From Acidimicrobiia bacterium (GTDB lineage Bacteria; Actinomycetota; Acidimicrobiia; Spongiisociales; SHLN01), in NCBI GenBank assembly GCA_041619515.1, contig JBFKDW010000027.1, positions 1-32,962 on the forward strand: a stretch of DNA of 32,962 bases. The letters are read 5' to 3'. Below are positions 17,506 to 28,629 of this stretch, one piece after another. Made by a program: the position numbers and the translations under genes. The notes beneath the pieces are model-generated. The model worked only from the letters and a program-made list of their open reading frames with translations. It was not told the origin of the DNA and did not search any database. The stretch's first letter is position 1, and every line of letters starts with the position of its first letter.

Positions 17506-17642
17506 GTACCTCCGATGACCGGAGGAATCCGGACCGGGTCGTGGGCGCGGGATCCTCTGCCCGAGAGTATCCCGACGCCCACTTCACCGAACGCCACTCC
17601 ACCCGGGGCTATACCAGCCTTTCCCAACGCCGCTGCGCTTGA
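17502..17642 (+). CDS. Possible 46-aa small ORF translationally coupled to the upstream gene
   Basis: ATGA overlap with the stop at 17505; MSTSDDRRNPDRVVGAGSSAREYPDAHFTERHSTRGYTSLSQRRCA. No recognisable family. Confidence 0.25.
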   Translation: MSTSDDRRNPDRVVGAGSSAREYPDAHFTERHSTRGYTSLSQRRCA

Positions 17643-17818
17643 CGGAACATCGGGTCAGGCGTGATTGCAACGGCGTCACGGTTGACCCCGGGAGGAGTGG
17701 CGCGAGGTGAGCAGTCCGGCCTGCGACGGTCTCCGTCTCTCGCCGGGGGCCGGCGGCGGCCGGTTCGGTGGCCGAGAAAGGAACCGAAACTCGACGGCGC
17801 CTTCCTATCGTGCCGGGC

Positions 17819-18943
17819 ATGATCGTGCCGCCCAGCACCCTGATCGGTGCCACGCTGACGGACGCCTGCGGTGCCGACCCGGGATTCCTGTGCGAGCTGG
17901 TGTTCGACAACACCGACAGCGAGATGCTCGCCGAGCTCTCCGACCTGCTGGTGCGCCCGGCCAAGGTGCTGCTCATCTTCCTGGCAGCGTGGATTGTCAG
18001 CCGCATCGCCAGGCGGCTCATCGGTAGAGGCATCCGACGGGTGATCGATCGCCATCTGGACGAGACGGTCGAGCCCGTCACCGTCCCCGAGGAGGAAGAG
18101 GAGGAGGCGGGACGCCTCGAACTGCTCGTCGAGCTGACACAACGGCGGGCCGAAAAGACCGCCATCCAGGCCGAGCGCTCCCGGCGGAGGACCGAGACGC
18201 TCGGCACCGTGCTGAAGTCCGCGGCCAGCCTCGTGATCTATACGGTCGCCACCCTCATGGCCCTCAGCGAGTTCGACGTCAACCTTGGGCCCCTGATCGC
18301 CGGAGCCGGCATCGTCGGCATTGCATTCGGGTTCGGTGCCCAGAGCATGGTCAAGGACTTCTTGTCGGGGATCTTCATGCTCCTCGAGGATCAGTTCGGG
18401 GTGGGAGACATCGTCGACGTCGGCGCCGCCTCCGGGCTGGTCGAAAAGGTCAGCCTGCGGTCGACCCGCATCCGCGACGTCAATGGAACCTTGTGGCACG
18501 TCCCAAACGGTGAGATCGTCCGGGTCGCCAACAAGTCTCAGCAGTGGGCACGAGCCGTGCTGGATATCGAGGTCGCCTACGACACGGACATCAAGCACGC
18601 CATGTCCGTCATCAAGCAAGTAGCGGACGGCGTGTGGCGCGAGGCCCTACCCAACGCCACCATCATCGAGGAGCCGGAGGTATGGGGGGTCGAGAACTTC
18701 GGGGCGAGCGCAATCGTGCTCCGGCTGGCGATCAAGGTCGAACCCGGCGAGCAGTTCGCAACCTCTCGCATCATACGACAGCGGCTGAAGGAGGCTTTCG
18801 ACCGGGAGGGGATCGAGATCCCCTTCCCGCAGCAGACGGTGTGGATGCACCAGATGCAGCCCGACAACGACAGGCCCGCTCGGACCACGGCAACCGAAGT
18901 CGAGGTTCTCCCGCAGTCGGCGCCGGAGGGTGAAAGCGACTGA
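17819..18943 (+). CDS. Small-conductance mechanosensitive channel (MscS family)
   Basis: GPLIAGAGIVGIAFGFGAQSMVKDFLSG, EDQFGVGDIV, GLVEKVSLRSTRIRD, VPNGEI, GIEIPFPQ. Start 17768 or 17819. Confidence 0.92.
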   Translation: MIVPPSTLIGATLTDACGADPGFLCELVFDNTDSEMLAELSDLLVRPAKVLLIFLAAWIVSRIARRLIGRGIRRVIDRHLDETVEPVTVPEEEEEEAGRLELLVELTQRRAEKTAIQAERSRRRTETLGTVLKSAASLVIYTVATLMALSEFDVNLGPLIAGAGIVGIAFGFGAQSMVKDFLSGIFMLLEDQFGVGDIVDVGAASGLVEKVSLRSTRIRDVNGTLWHVPNGEIVRVANKSQQWARAVLDIEVAYDTDIKHAMSVIKQVADGVWREALPNATIIEEPEVWGVENFGASAIVLRLAIKVEPGEQFATSRIIRQRLKEAFDREGIEIPFPQQTVWMHQMQPDNDRPARTTATEVEVLPQSAPEGESD

Positions 18944-18948
18944 TCCGG

Positions 18949-20646
18949 TCAGGCGGGCCGATACGGGAGGTACTCAGGCCACCAGATCAGCTCGTCGACC
19001 CGGTCGGCAATCTCGGACCGTTCGGCGGCGACTCCTTCGGCAATCGCCTGCTCGGCAACTGCGATTGCCACCGTCCGGGACACTTCTCGCACCCTGGTGA
19101 TGGGGGGAAACAAGGAACCGCCGGCTGCGACCTCCGGATCGACGCAATCCGCCAGGGCAGCGGCTGCGGCCAGAAACATGCCGTCGGTGATCCGGCCCGC
19201 CCGTGCTGCAAGGGTGCCGAGGCCCATCGCAGGGAATATGTACATGTTGTTGGCCTGCCCGATGTGACGGAGCCGCCCGTTGTACTCGACCGGCTCGAAT
19301 GGGCTGCCGGTCGCCACGATGGCCCGCCCATCCGACCAGTCGAGCGCGTCGGCGGGATCCACCTCGGTGCAGACGGTTGGATTGGACATCGGCATGATCA
19401 CCGGCCGTTCGACTGCGTCGGCCATGTCACGGATCAGTTCCTTGGTGAACAGCCCACCCCTTCCGGACAGGCCGATGAGCACGGTGGGATGGGCACGCCG
19501 CACCACCTCTCCCAGCGTCGGTGAGCCGGGCGTATCCCAATTGCTGATACGTTCCTCCTCCACCGCCCAGGCTCGTTTCACATCGGTGATGTCGGAGCGG
19601 TCATGGGTGACGAGGCTCTTGCTGTCGACCAGGAACATCCGAGCACGCGCCTCGGTTTCGCTCAGCCCGGCCGATCGCATGGCGGCAGTGATGGTCCGGG
19701 CCAGGCCGATGCCGCCCGATCCTGCCCCCGCGATCACGACCCGCTGATCTGCCCAGGTGGTATCGAGCTCCCGCATCGCCACCAGCAGGCCGGCAACCGT
19801 GGTAGCAGCCGTGCCCTCGATATCGTCGTTGAACGAGGCGAGGCGCCCGCGATACCTGTCCAGGTTGCGGAAGCTCGTCTTGTTCCCGAAGTCCTCCCAC
19901 TGCACCATGCTGTTGGGAAATACCCTCACCACCGCTTCGACGAACTCGTCGATCAACGACCAATAGTCGTCGCCTCGCAGACGCGGCTCCCGCAGCCCGA
20001 GATAGAGCGGATCGGCAAGCAGATCCTCGTTGTTGGTGCCCACATCCAATGAGATCGGGAACGTGTTGCTCGGATGGATGCCCGCCCCGGCGGTGTACAA
20101 CGCCAGCTTCCCGATGGGAATGCCCATGCCGCCGGCTCCCTGATCGCCGATGCCGAGTATCCGTTCGTTGTCGGTGACGACGATCACAGCCGGCTCCCGA
20201 GTGGGACGGTTGGCGAGCGCCTGTGAGATCCGGCCGCGGTCCCGGGGAGTGATGAACACGCCCCGCGCCCGCCGGTACAGGCGGCTCCAATACCGGCAGG
20301 CATCTGCCACGACCGGGGTGTACACCAGTGGGACCGTCTCGGCGAGGTTCTCGACGAGGAAACGGTAGAAGAGCGTCTCGTTGCGATCCTGCAGGCCGCT
20401 CAGATAGATGTTCTTCTGGAGCAGGTCCGGTTTGGAGTCGAGCTGGGTGCGGGCGCGTGCAAGGTGATCCTCCATTGTGCTGACGTGGCTGGGCAGCAGG
20501 CCCCGCAGGCCGAACGTGTCGCGCTCCTCCAGGGTGAACGCCGAGCCTTTGTTGAGCACCGAGTCCTGGAGCAAGTCCTGGCCGCGCACCGACACCGCCA
20601 CATACCGCTCACCGGTGTTGGGATCGGTCTGGAGTGAGTAGTTCAT
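18949..20646 (-). CDS. maeA: NAD-dependent malic enzyme
   Basis: LNKGSAFT, LQDRNETLFY, VYTP, VTDNERILGIGDQG, QWEDF, FNDDIEGT, GAGSGG, MSNPT, GQANN. Confidence 0.93.
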   Translation of the reverse strand: MNYSLQTDPNTGERYVAVSVRGQDLLQDSVLNKGSAFTLEERDTFGLRGLLPSHVSTMEDHLARARTQLDSKPDLLQKNIYLSGLQDRNETLFYRFLVENLAETVPLVYTPVVADACRYWSRLYRRARGVFITPRDRGRISQALANRPTREPAVIVVTDNERILGIGDQGAGGMGIPIGKLALYTAGAGIHPSNTFPISLDVGTNNEDLLADPLYLGLREPRLRGDDYWSLIDEFVEAVVRVFPNSMVQWEDFGNKTSFRNLDRYRGRLASFNDDIEGTAATTVAGLLVAMRELDTTWADQRVVIAGAGSGGIGLARTITAAMRSAGLSETEARARMFLVDSKSLVTHDRSDITDVKRAWAVEEERISNWDTPGSPTLGEVVRRAHPTVLIGLSGRGGLFTKELIRDMADAVERPVIMPMSNPTVCTEVDPADALDWSDGRAIVATGSPFEPVEYNGRLRHIGQANNMYIFPAMGLGTLAARAGRITDGMFLAAAAALADCVDPEVAAGGSLFPPITRVREVSRTVAIAVAEQAIAEGVAAERSEIADRVDELIWWPEYLPYRPA

Positions 20647-20717
20647 GTGCCTCCGATCTCACTTCCCAAGCCTACGTCCCGGCTGGACGCCGGGAGGGGC
20701 CGGCTCGCAGCGGTGGG

Positions 20718-21641
20718 CTAGCCGCGGGCAAAGAGGTTGCGGGCAACGAAGACCAGATTGGCCGGCCGCTCGGCCAGCCGTCGCACGTACCAGGGGTACC
20801 ACTCCTCACCATACGCAGTGAGGTCGCGCATTCGGTAGCCGTCGGCGGCGTACCGATACTGGTCCTCCATGCGAATGCCGTAGAGCATCTGAATCTCGTA
20901 GGCATCCTGGCCGAGCCCGGCGGCCCGGGCCACTGCCCCGAGACGGTCGAGGAGAGCGACGTCGTGGCTCGCCAGCGCCAGACGCACACCATCGGTGGTG
21001 AGCAGATCCGAGCCAAGGCGAAAGAACGCCTCGTCTATCTCGGCTCGCTTCGTTAACGCCAGCGAGGCCGGCTCCTTATAGGCCCCTTTCACCAGCCGGA
21101 TCCCCGGCCGGAGCGGCACGAGGTCCCGCACGTCCTGGGGCGTGCGATGCAAATAGGCCTGCAGGCAAATGCCCACCGGGGAGTAATCGGCCTTGACCCG
21201 CTTGTACAGGTCGATGGTGGGCTGGACGTAGTCGCTGGCTTCCATGTCGACCCACAACCAGTTCCCAAGACTGTCTGCCTTGGCGGCCAGAGTTGCCAGG
21301 TTGCGGGCGGCGTGGTCGAAGTCGAGATCGAGGCCCAGCTGGGTCGGCTTCACCGAGATTTCAGTGTCGAGGCCCAGGGCGGCAATACGCTCGTAGGCAC
21401 CCAGATAGTGCTCGACGACGGCGTCGGCCTGACCGAGATCGGTGAGGTTCTCCCCCAGCTTGGTGAACATGCTGGTGACGCCCTTCCCGGCAAGCATCGT
21501 GGCAGCCTCCAGGGCATCCTCGAGCCGCTCCCCCGGCATGAACTGGCGCAGCGCTCGCGTGACGAAGCCCCAGCGAGGGACGTGAGTCCGCAGCGTCTGG
21601 TTGCGTGAGGCCCACAGCAACACGTCGCGCATCACGGTCAT
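20718..21641 (-). CDS. Monofunctional proline dehydrogenase
   Basis: ISVKPTQLG, WVDME, GICLQAYLHRT, IRLVKGAYKEP, ASHD, QMLYGIR, YVRRLAERPAN. Confidence 0.93.
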   Translation of the reverse strand: MTVMRDVLLWASRNQTLRTHVPRWGFVTRALRQFMPGERLEDALEAATMLAGKGVTSMFTKLGENLTDLGQADAVVEHYLGAYERIAALGLDTEISVKPTQLGLDLDFDHAARNLATLAAKADSLGNWLWVDMEASDYVQPTIDLYKRVKADYSPVGICLQAYLHRTPQDVRDLVPLRPGIRLVKGAYKEPASLALTKRAEIDEAFFRLGSDLLTTDGVRLALASHDVALLDRLGAVARAAGLGQDAYEIQMLYGIRMEDQYRYAADGYRMRDLTAYGEEWYPWYVRRLAERPANLVFVARNLFARG

Positions 21642-21698
21642 AGGCGGCAAGCTAGCACTGCCGGAGTTGCCCCAGGTCACGGCCCAACCGGGTGGCAG

Positions 21699-24392
<2,694 letters not shown>

Positions 24393-24493
24393 GCGACTCC
24401 TTTCGATCGGACCCGAGACTACCGGAGGGACCGGCTCAAACCGCCTGGAAGCGGCCGGAACCGGCGGCCGGGGCGAGCAACTGCCGCCCGCTT

Positions 24494-24532
24494 TGCGTCC
24501 TTTTGGCCCGTGTCACGTCTCCAGGTGTGACA
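24494..24532 (+). promoter_or_regulatory. Candidate ECF-type promoter and overlapping palindrome upstream of arsM-sigZ
   Basis: TGCGTC-N16-CGTCT (ECF -10 elements often contain CGT) and an inverted repeat TGTCAC-N10-GTGACA (24511-24532), about 20 nt before the start. Confidence 0.35.
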
Positions 24533-24553
24533 GACTTCAATGGAGGAAGAACC

Positions 24554-25303
24554 ATGACCACAGCCAAGGCACACGACGTGAAGGAAGCGGTCAAGCAGCG
24601 CTACGCGGCGGCCGCCCGCCAAGGCTCGAGCTGCTGCGCACCGGCGGACGGCGCCGGCGACGCCTGCTGCGCCCCAACCGAGGTGCTGTTCACCACCAAG
24701 AACCAGGCCGATGCCGTAATCGCCGAGGCCGACCTCGGGCTCAGCTGTGGCACTCCGACCGCCTTCGGAGACATCAGCCCGGGTGACACCGTGCTCGACC
24801 TCGGCAGTGGAGCCGGTGTCGATTGCTTTCGAGCCGCAAAAGTCGTCGGCTCCGAGGGACACGTCATCGGCGTCGACATGACACCCGACATGATCGACCT
24901 GGCATCGGCCAACGCCGTCAAGGCGGGCCTGGATACCGTAGAGTTTCGGCTCGGCGAGATCGAGAGCCTCCCGGTGGCGGATGGCACCGTGGATCTCGTG
25001 CTATCGAATTGCGTGATCAACCTCGTGCCCGACAAGCCGCGGGCCTTCGCCGAGGTCTACCGGGTGCTCGCTCCCGGTGGACGCTTCGTGATCTCCGACA
25101 TCGTGACGACGGGCACCCTCTCGCCGGAGGCCCGCGCCGACCTCGACCTGTGGGCGGGGTGTGTCTCGGGCGCTATCGATCGAGACGAATACCTCGGCAT
25201 CATCACAGACGCCGGCTTCACCGGTGTCGAAGTGATCACGAGCCACGCCTACGGTGACGGAGTGCCGACCGAGAGCATCACGGTTCGAGGCTCCAAGCCG
25301 TGA
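24554..25303 (+). CDS. arsM: Arsenite S-adenosylmethionine methyltransferase
   Basis: VKQRY, CC pairs, GLSCGTP, VLDLGSGAGVDCF, GVDMTPDM, SNCVINLVPDK, LWAGCVSGA. GGAGG RBS. Confidence 0.9.
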   Translation: MTTAKAHDVKEAVKQRYAAAARQGSSCCAPADGAGDACCAPTEVLFTTKNQADAVIAEADLGLSCGTPTAFGDISPGDTVLDLGSGAGVDCFRAAKVVGSEGHVIGVDMTPDMIDLASANAVKAGLDTVEFRLGEIESLPVADGTVDLVLSNCVINLVPDKPRAFAEVYRVLAPGGRFVISDIVTTGTLSPEARADLDLWAGCVSGAIDRDEYLGIITDAGFTGVEVITSHAYGDGVPTESITVRGSKP

Positions 25304-25863
25304 CCATCACGACCGAGAGCGTCTGGCGGGAGTTCAGCGACCGCCTGCGCGGCTTCATCGGCAGGCGGATTCCGTCCGCAGCCGACGTCGACGATGTCCT
25401 CAGCGATGTCTTCGTGAAGGTCCACAGTCGCATCGACACGCTCGAAGATGAAGCACGGCTCGCCCCGTGGCTGTATCAGGTCACACGCAACACGGTCACC
25501 GATCACTACCGGCGGCTCCGCCCATCGGCGGGAACGAGCCTCGAAGGCGTCGAGGCACCCACCGGTGAGGACGACGAGGAGGCGGCAGCCGTCATCGCAG
25601 AGTCGCTGCGCGATCTCGTCGACCGCTTGCCGGCCAAATACCGGGAGGCGCTCGTCCTGACCGAATTCGAGGGTCGCACCCAGGCGGACATGGCCGCCAG
25701 TCTCGGCCTGTCGGTGAGCGGGGCCAAGTCCCGGGTGCAGCGGGCCCGCACCATGCTTCGCGACGAGCTGCTCGAGTGCTGCCACTTCGAGTTCGACCGG
25801 CGGGGCCGGGTGATCGACTTCGAGCCACGACCCCGCTGCTGCGAGACCGCCACCACCTCCTGA
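25300..25863 (+). CDS. sigZ: ECF RNA polymerase sigma factor, SigZ family
   Basis: VWREFSDRLRGFI, WLYQVTRNTVTDHYR, LPAKYREAL, SGAKSRVQRAR, and the SigZ-type ECCHFEFDRRG tail. GTGA overlap with arsM. Confidence 0.88.
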   Translation: MTITTESVWREFSDRLRGFIGRRIPSAADVDDVLSDVFVKVHSRIDTLEDEARLAPWLYQVTRNTVTDHYRRLRPSAGTSLEGVEAPTGEDDEEAAAVIAESLRDLVDRLPAKYREALVLTEFEGRTQADMAASLGLSVSGAKSRVQRARTMLRDELLECCHFEFDRRGRVIDFEPRPRCCETATTS

Positions 25864-25943
25864 GACGGCGCATCCGGCCCACTCCCGCCTTCAGGATGCT
25901 TTCAGGTGTCCGGGAACACAATGGAGATGCATCTGGAGGAACA

Positions 25944-26189
25944 GTGGTCACGGTCTTGCTTCTGTCGATTGTCCCGGCGCTGCTGGCAGCGGGGCTCGGC
26001 TCCGCCGGCCTGGCGTTGATCGCCGCCGCCGGCCTGTTGTGGGCCGCCGCCCTCTTCGCCTGCTCGCGAGCTCCCGTCGTGGAAGGGCGCGCCGCCTCCC
26101 TCAACGAGTCTTTCAGCACCGGGCTGTCGGTGCTGGCGACGGCCGCGGCCGCAGCCGGCGTGATCCTCGTCCTGCTCAATACGCTCTGA
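25944..26189 (+). CDS. Small hydrophobic membrane protein
   Basis: GGAGGA RBS before GTG25944; about 3 hydrophobic segments. Confidence 0.55.
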   Translation: MVTVLLLSIVPALLAAGLGSAGLALIAAAGLLWAAALFACSRAPVVEGRAASLNESFSTGLSVLATAAAAAGVILVLLNTL

Positions 26190-26249
26190 GCGGGCCTGCC
26201 CCCGCCTGTGGCCGTCACGCCGCAGGCTGCTCGCTAGCGTTGAGCGCCG

Positions 26250-26696
26250 ATGACATATCGCCATACCCAGACGAGCCCTGCCCCCCTGCGCATCGGAGTG
26301 CTGGCCTTCCTCCTGGTGATCCTCGCCGTCACCCTGGCAGCCCGGGCGTGGGCCGGAGCAGTCGTTGTGGCCGTGACGGCCGCCATCGTCGGGACGGCCA
26401 TGTTCGTGTTCAGCCGCATCACCGTGGAGGTGACCGAGGAGCGCCTCCAGGCCTTCTTCGGGTGGGGCTGGCCCCGCCGGGTGCTGCCCTGGGATCAAGC
26501 CGCCTCGGCCCGCATCGTCCGCAACCGCTGGTGGTACGGGTTCGGCATCCGGTGGTTTCCGGGCGGGACGCTGTGGAACGTCTGGGGGCTCGACTCGGTT
26601 GAGTTCGACCTCGTCTCGGGCAGCAAACTTCGCATCGGAACCGACGAGCCCGAGGCGCTGCTGGCGGCGGTGAGCGGTCGCGTCACAGTCGGGTGA
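26250..26696 (+). CDS. Hypothetical membrane protein (2 TM plus PH-like domain)
   Basis: Two TM helices, then WWYGFGIRW...LWNVWG...RIGTDEPEAL, a motif set typical of a conserved small membrane protein family. Confidence 0.75.
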   Translation: MTYRHTQTSPAPLRIGVLAFLLVILAVTLAARAWAGAVVVAVTAAIVGTAMFVFSRITVEVTEERLQAFFGWGWPRRVLPWDQAASARIVRNRWWYGFGIRWFPGGTLWNVWGLDSVEFDLVSGSKLRIGTDEPEALLAAVSGRVTVG

Positions 26697-26732
26697 CGCG
26701 GGCGGCTCCGGCAGTCTCTGGTTCGGCAGCGT

Positions 26733-26966
26733 TCACGACCGGCGAGGCCGCCATTCCATCTTCATGTACACATCGCCCTGCCCGAGCTCGGCGAGCATCT
26801 GGTCGATCCGCTTGCGGCGAGTGTCCTCGCGCTTGGCCCCCGTGATCCAACCGATGTAGTCGTTGCGCTGATAGGGCGGGCGCTCGTCGTAGGCGGCGGT
26901 CAGGCCTGCACGCTCGAGAGCCCGCCGGACATCGGTCGGCATCGGGTGGCGTGGCCGCCGGTTCAT
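26733..26966 (-). CDS. YdeI/OmpD-associated family protein
   Basis: MPTDVRRAL...AYDERPPYQRNDYIGWITGAKREDTRRKRIDQMLAEL. Confidence 0.85.
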   Translation of the reverse strand: MNRRPRHPMPTDVRRALERAGLTAAYDERPPYQRNDYIGWITGAKREDTRRKRIDQMLAELGQGDVYMKMEWRPRRS

Positions 26967-27015
26967 GCCATCAAATCTACGCCCCGCGTGGGTCTCGCGC
27001 CCGGTGAGTGCCCGA

Positions 27016-27546
27016 TCAGGACAACACCGCCAGGACTTCGTCGAGGTCGGCGTGGTCCCCGGCGTAATCTTCAAAATCCTCGTACAACAGCTGGTCGCCG
27101 GGCCCGATCACCAGCGTCGCGCCCAACTGCATCGGGCGCCGGCCGGTCTTGTGCTGCCGATGGCCTCCAGTCAATGACCGCAGCCCGGCCGCGTACGCCG
27201 ATGGCTTCAGCAGCGCCCCCGCTCCCAGCGAGTTGGTTCCGACGATCTCGGCCGCCGACCCGTCCTCGTCGAGCAGGACCGGAAAGGGAACCGATTCGTC
27301 CTCGATGAACGCCTTGGCGTAGCGCTTTCCACCGGTACCGACGGCGGTCACGTCGGAGCCGGCCGCCAGGATCTCCTGGTATCGATCGCGGACCTGACCG
27401 GCCCGCTCGCGACACGTCAGTCACCCGAAATGGCGCAGGAAGAGAACCACGTGGGGGCCGTCGGCCCACGCATCGCCCAGACGGTGCTCGGCGCCGTCGG
27501 GGTCGATCAAGACGTGGTCGGCGAGCTTGGAAACATCGAAACCCAT
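27016..27546 (-). CDS. Peroxiredoxin-like (AhpC/TSA_2, PRXL2/SelU-like) selenoprotein, Sec at codon 42
   Basis: MGFDVSKLADHVLIDPDG...VVLFLRHFG-TGA-LTCRE...VTAVGTG...QLGATLVI...AGDH. The in-frame TGA (27421-27423) sits at the first position of the CxxC motif, and the frame continues into the annotated 111-aa ORF. Confidence 0.88.
27380..27414 (-). other. Candidate bacterial SECIS element
   Basis: After the UGA: UGUCG-cga-GCGGGCC-[GGUCA]-GGUCCGC-gau-CGAUA. The apical loop starts with G, 21 nt downstream of UGA. Confidence 0.65.
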
Positions 27547-27630
27547 GCCGGCAACCCTAGGGCGCCGCCGCCCGCTGAAGGAAGTCGGCACTCGCCGGCG
27601 ACGGCGGCGAACCGGCGTCGCCGTTCCCGG

Positions 27631-28512
27631 TCAGCCGCCGTCCGCCTCGTCTTCGGCCTGCGCAGCCGTGCTCCGAAACGGCGTCGGCCACAGCCGCATC
27701 GGCCCGGTGAAATAGTCGGCAGGGTCGAAGTCGACCCAGTCGCTGCGGTCCTGTGCGAGTCGATCAAGGACGGCCAGAATCACGAATGGATTGACGGCCA
27801 TCCCGGTATGGGACGCCACAATCGAGATGTTCTCGCGCGGGGCCCGTCGGCTGCTCTTGTCGATGACGTCCTGCGGGATGGCGGCCAGTTCCATCGGAAC
27901 CACCCGGTCGACCGGGCTATGGATCGAAACCAGCGGCATGGGGGGACGGTTGGCCTCCCAGTGGGGGAGAATCTGGTCCGGGCTCATGTCGATCAGGCGC
28001 AGCCCGGCGATGCGGCGGCCGACCAGCCGCAAGAGCTTGTTGAGTTTGTGAGCGCGATCCGGGTCGATGGCAGGGGAGCCGAAGGTGATGACGCGATCGA
28101 CGAGGTCGGGCATGCGCTCGGCAACTTCGCGGGCATACACTCCTCCCAGGCTCTGCCCTACCAGGGCCACTGCATGATCGTGAACCTCGGCCAGCTGGCG
28201 AATCTCGCGTCCCAGCTCGGCTTCGACCTGCGCAACGTGCTCGAAGATCGACATGCCGCGCGGGCCGAGGTTGGCGCCCAGTCCCCAGCTCTTGGCGGGA
28301 AACCCATGCTCGGTGAGGGTTCGATTCAGGCGGTTGAGGCTCAACTCGGGGGCGAGAAAACCCGGCAGGGTCAGGACCGGCATCGTGCCGTCACCGTTCG
28401 GAAGTATGCGGTCGCGTACCGGACGTCCCAGCAGTCCCGCCAGCCGCTCCCCTCCGCCCCACAGCAGATCGAGGTTGAGTCGAAGCACGTCGGTGGGTGT
28501 TGACCTGGACAC
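27631..28512 (-). CDS. Alpha/beta hydrolase (esterase/lipase-like)
   Basis: VLTLPGFL oxyanion region, GQSLGG nucleophile elbow, SPVDRVV Asp, ASHTGM His. Start uncertain. Confidence 0.85.
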   Translation of the reverse strand: MSRSTPTDVLRLNLDLLWGGGERLAGLLGRPVRDRILPNGDGTMPVLTLPGFLAPELSLNRLNRTLTEHGFPAKSWGLGANLGPRGMSIFEHVAQVEAELGREIRQLAEVHDHAVALVGQSLGGVYAREVAERMPDLVDRVITFGSPAIDPDRAHKLNKLLRLVGRRIAGLRLIDMSPDQILPHWEANRPPMPLVSIHSPVDRVVPMELAAIPQDVIDKSSRRAPRENISIVASHTGMAVNPFVILAVLDRLAQDRSDWVDFDPADYFTGPMRLWPTPFRSTAAQAEDEADGG

Positions 28513-28629
28513 CGCTACTTCAGTTGATCCTGCATCGTGTATTTCGCACGGACACCCCGAAGGGTAGGGCGCGGCGGCAAAAGACCGCGACAAAGCGGAC
28601 GACCACCCCGCCGGCCCCGGACGGCGGGC

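Noticed and set aside
27016..27546. Pseudogene interpretation of the peroxiredoxin-like gene
   Set aside because: The only interruption is a TGA at the redox Cys position with a SECIS-like hairpin behind it, and both halves are otherwise intact.
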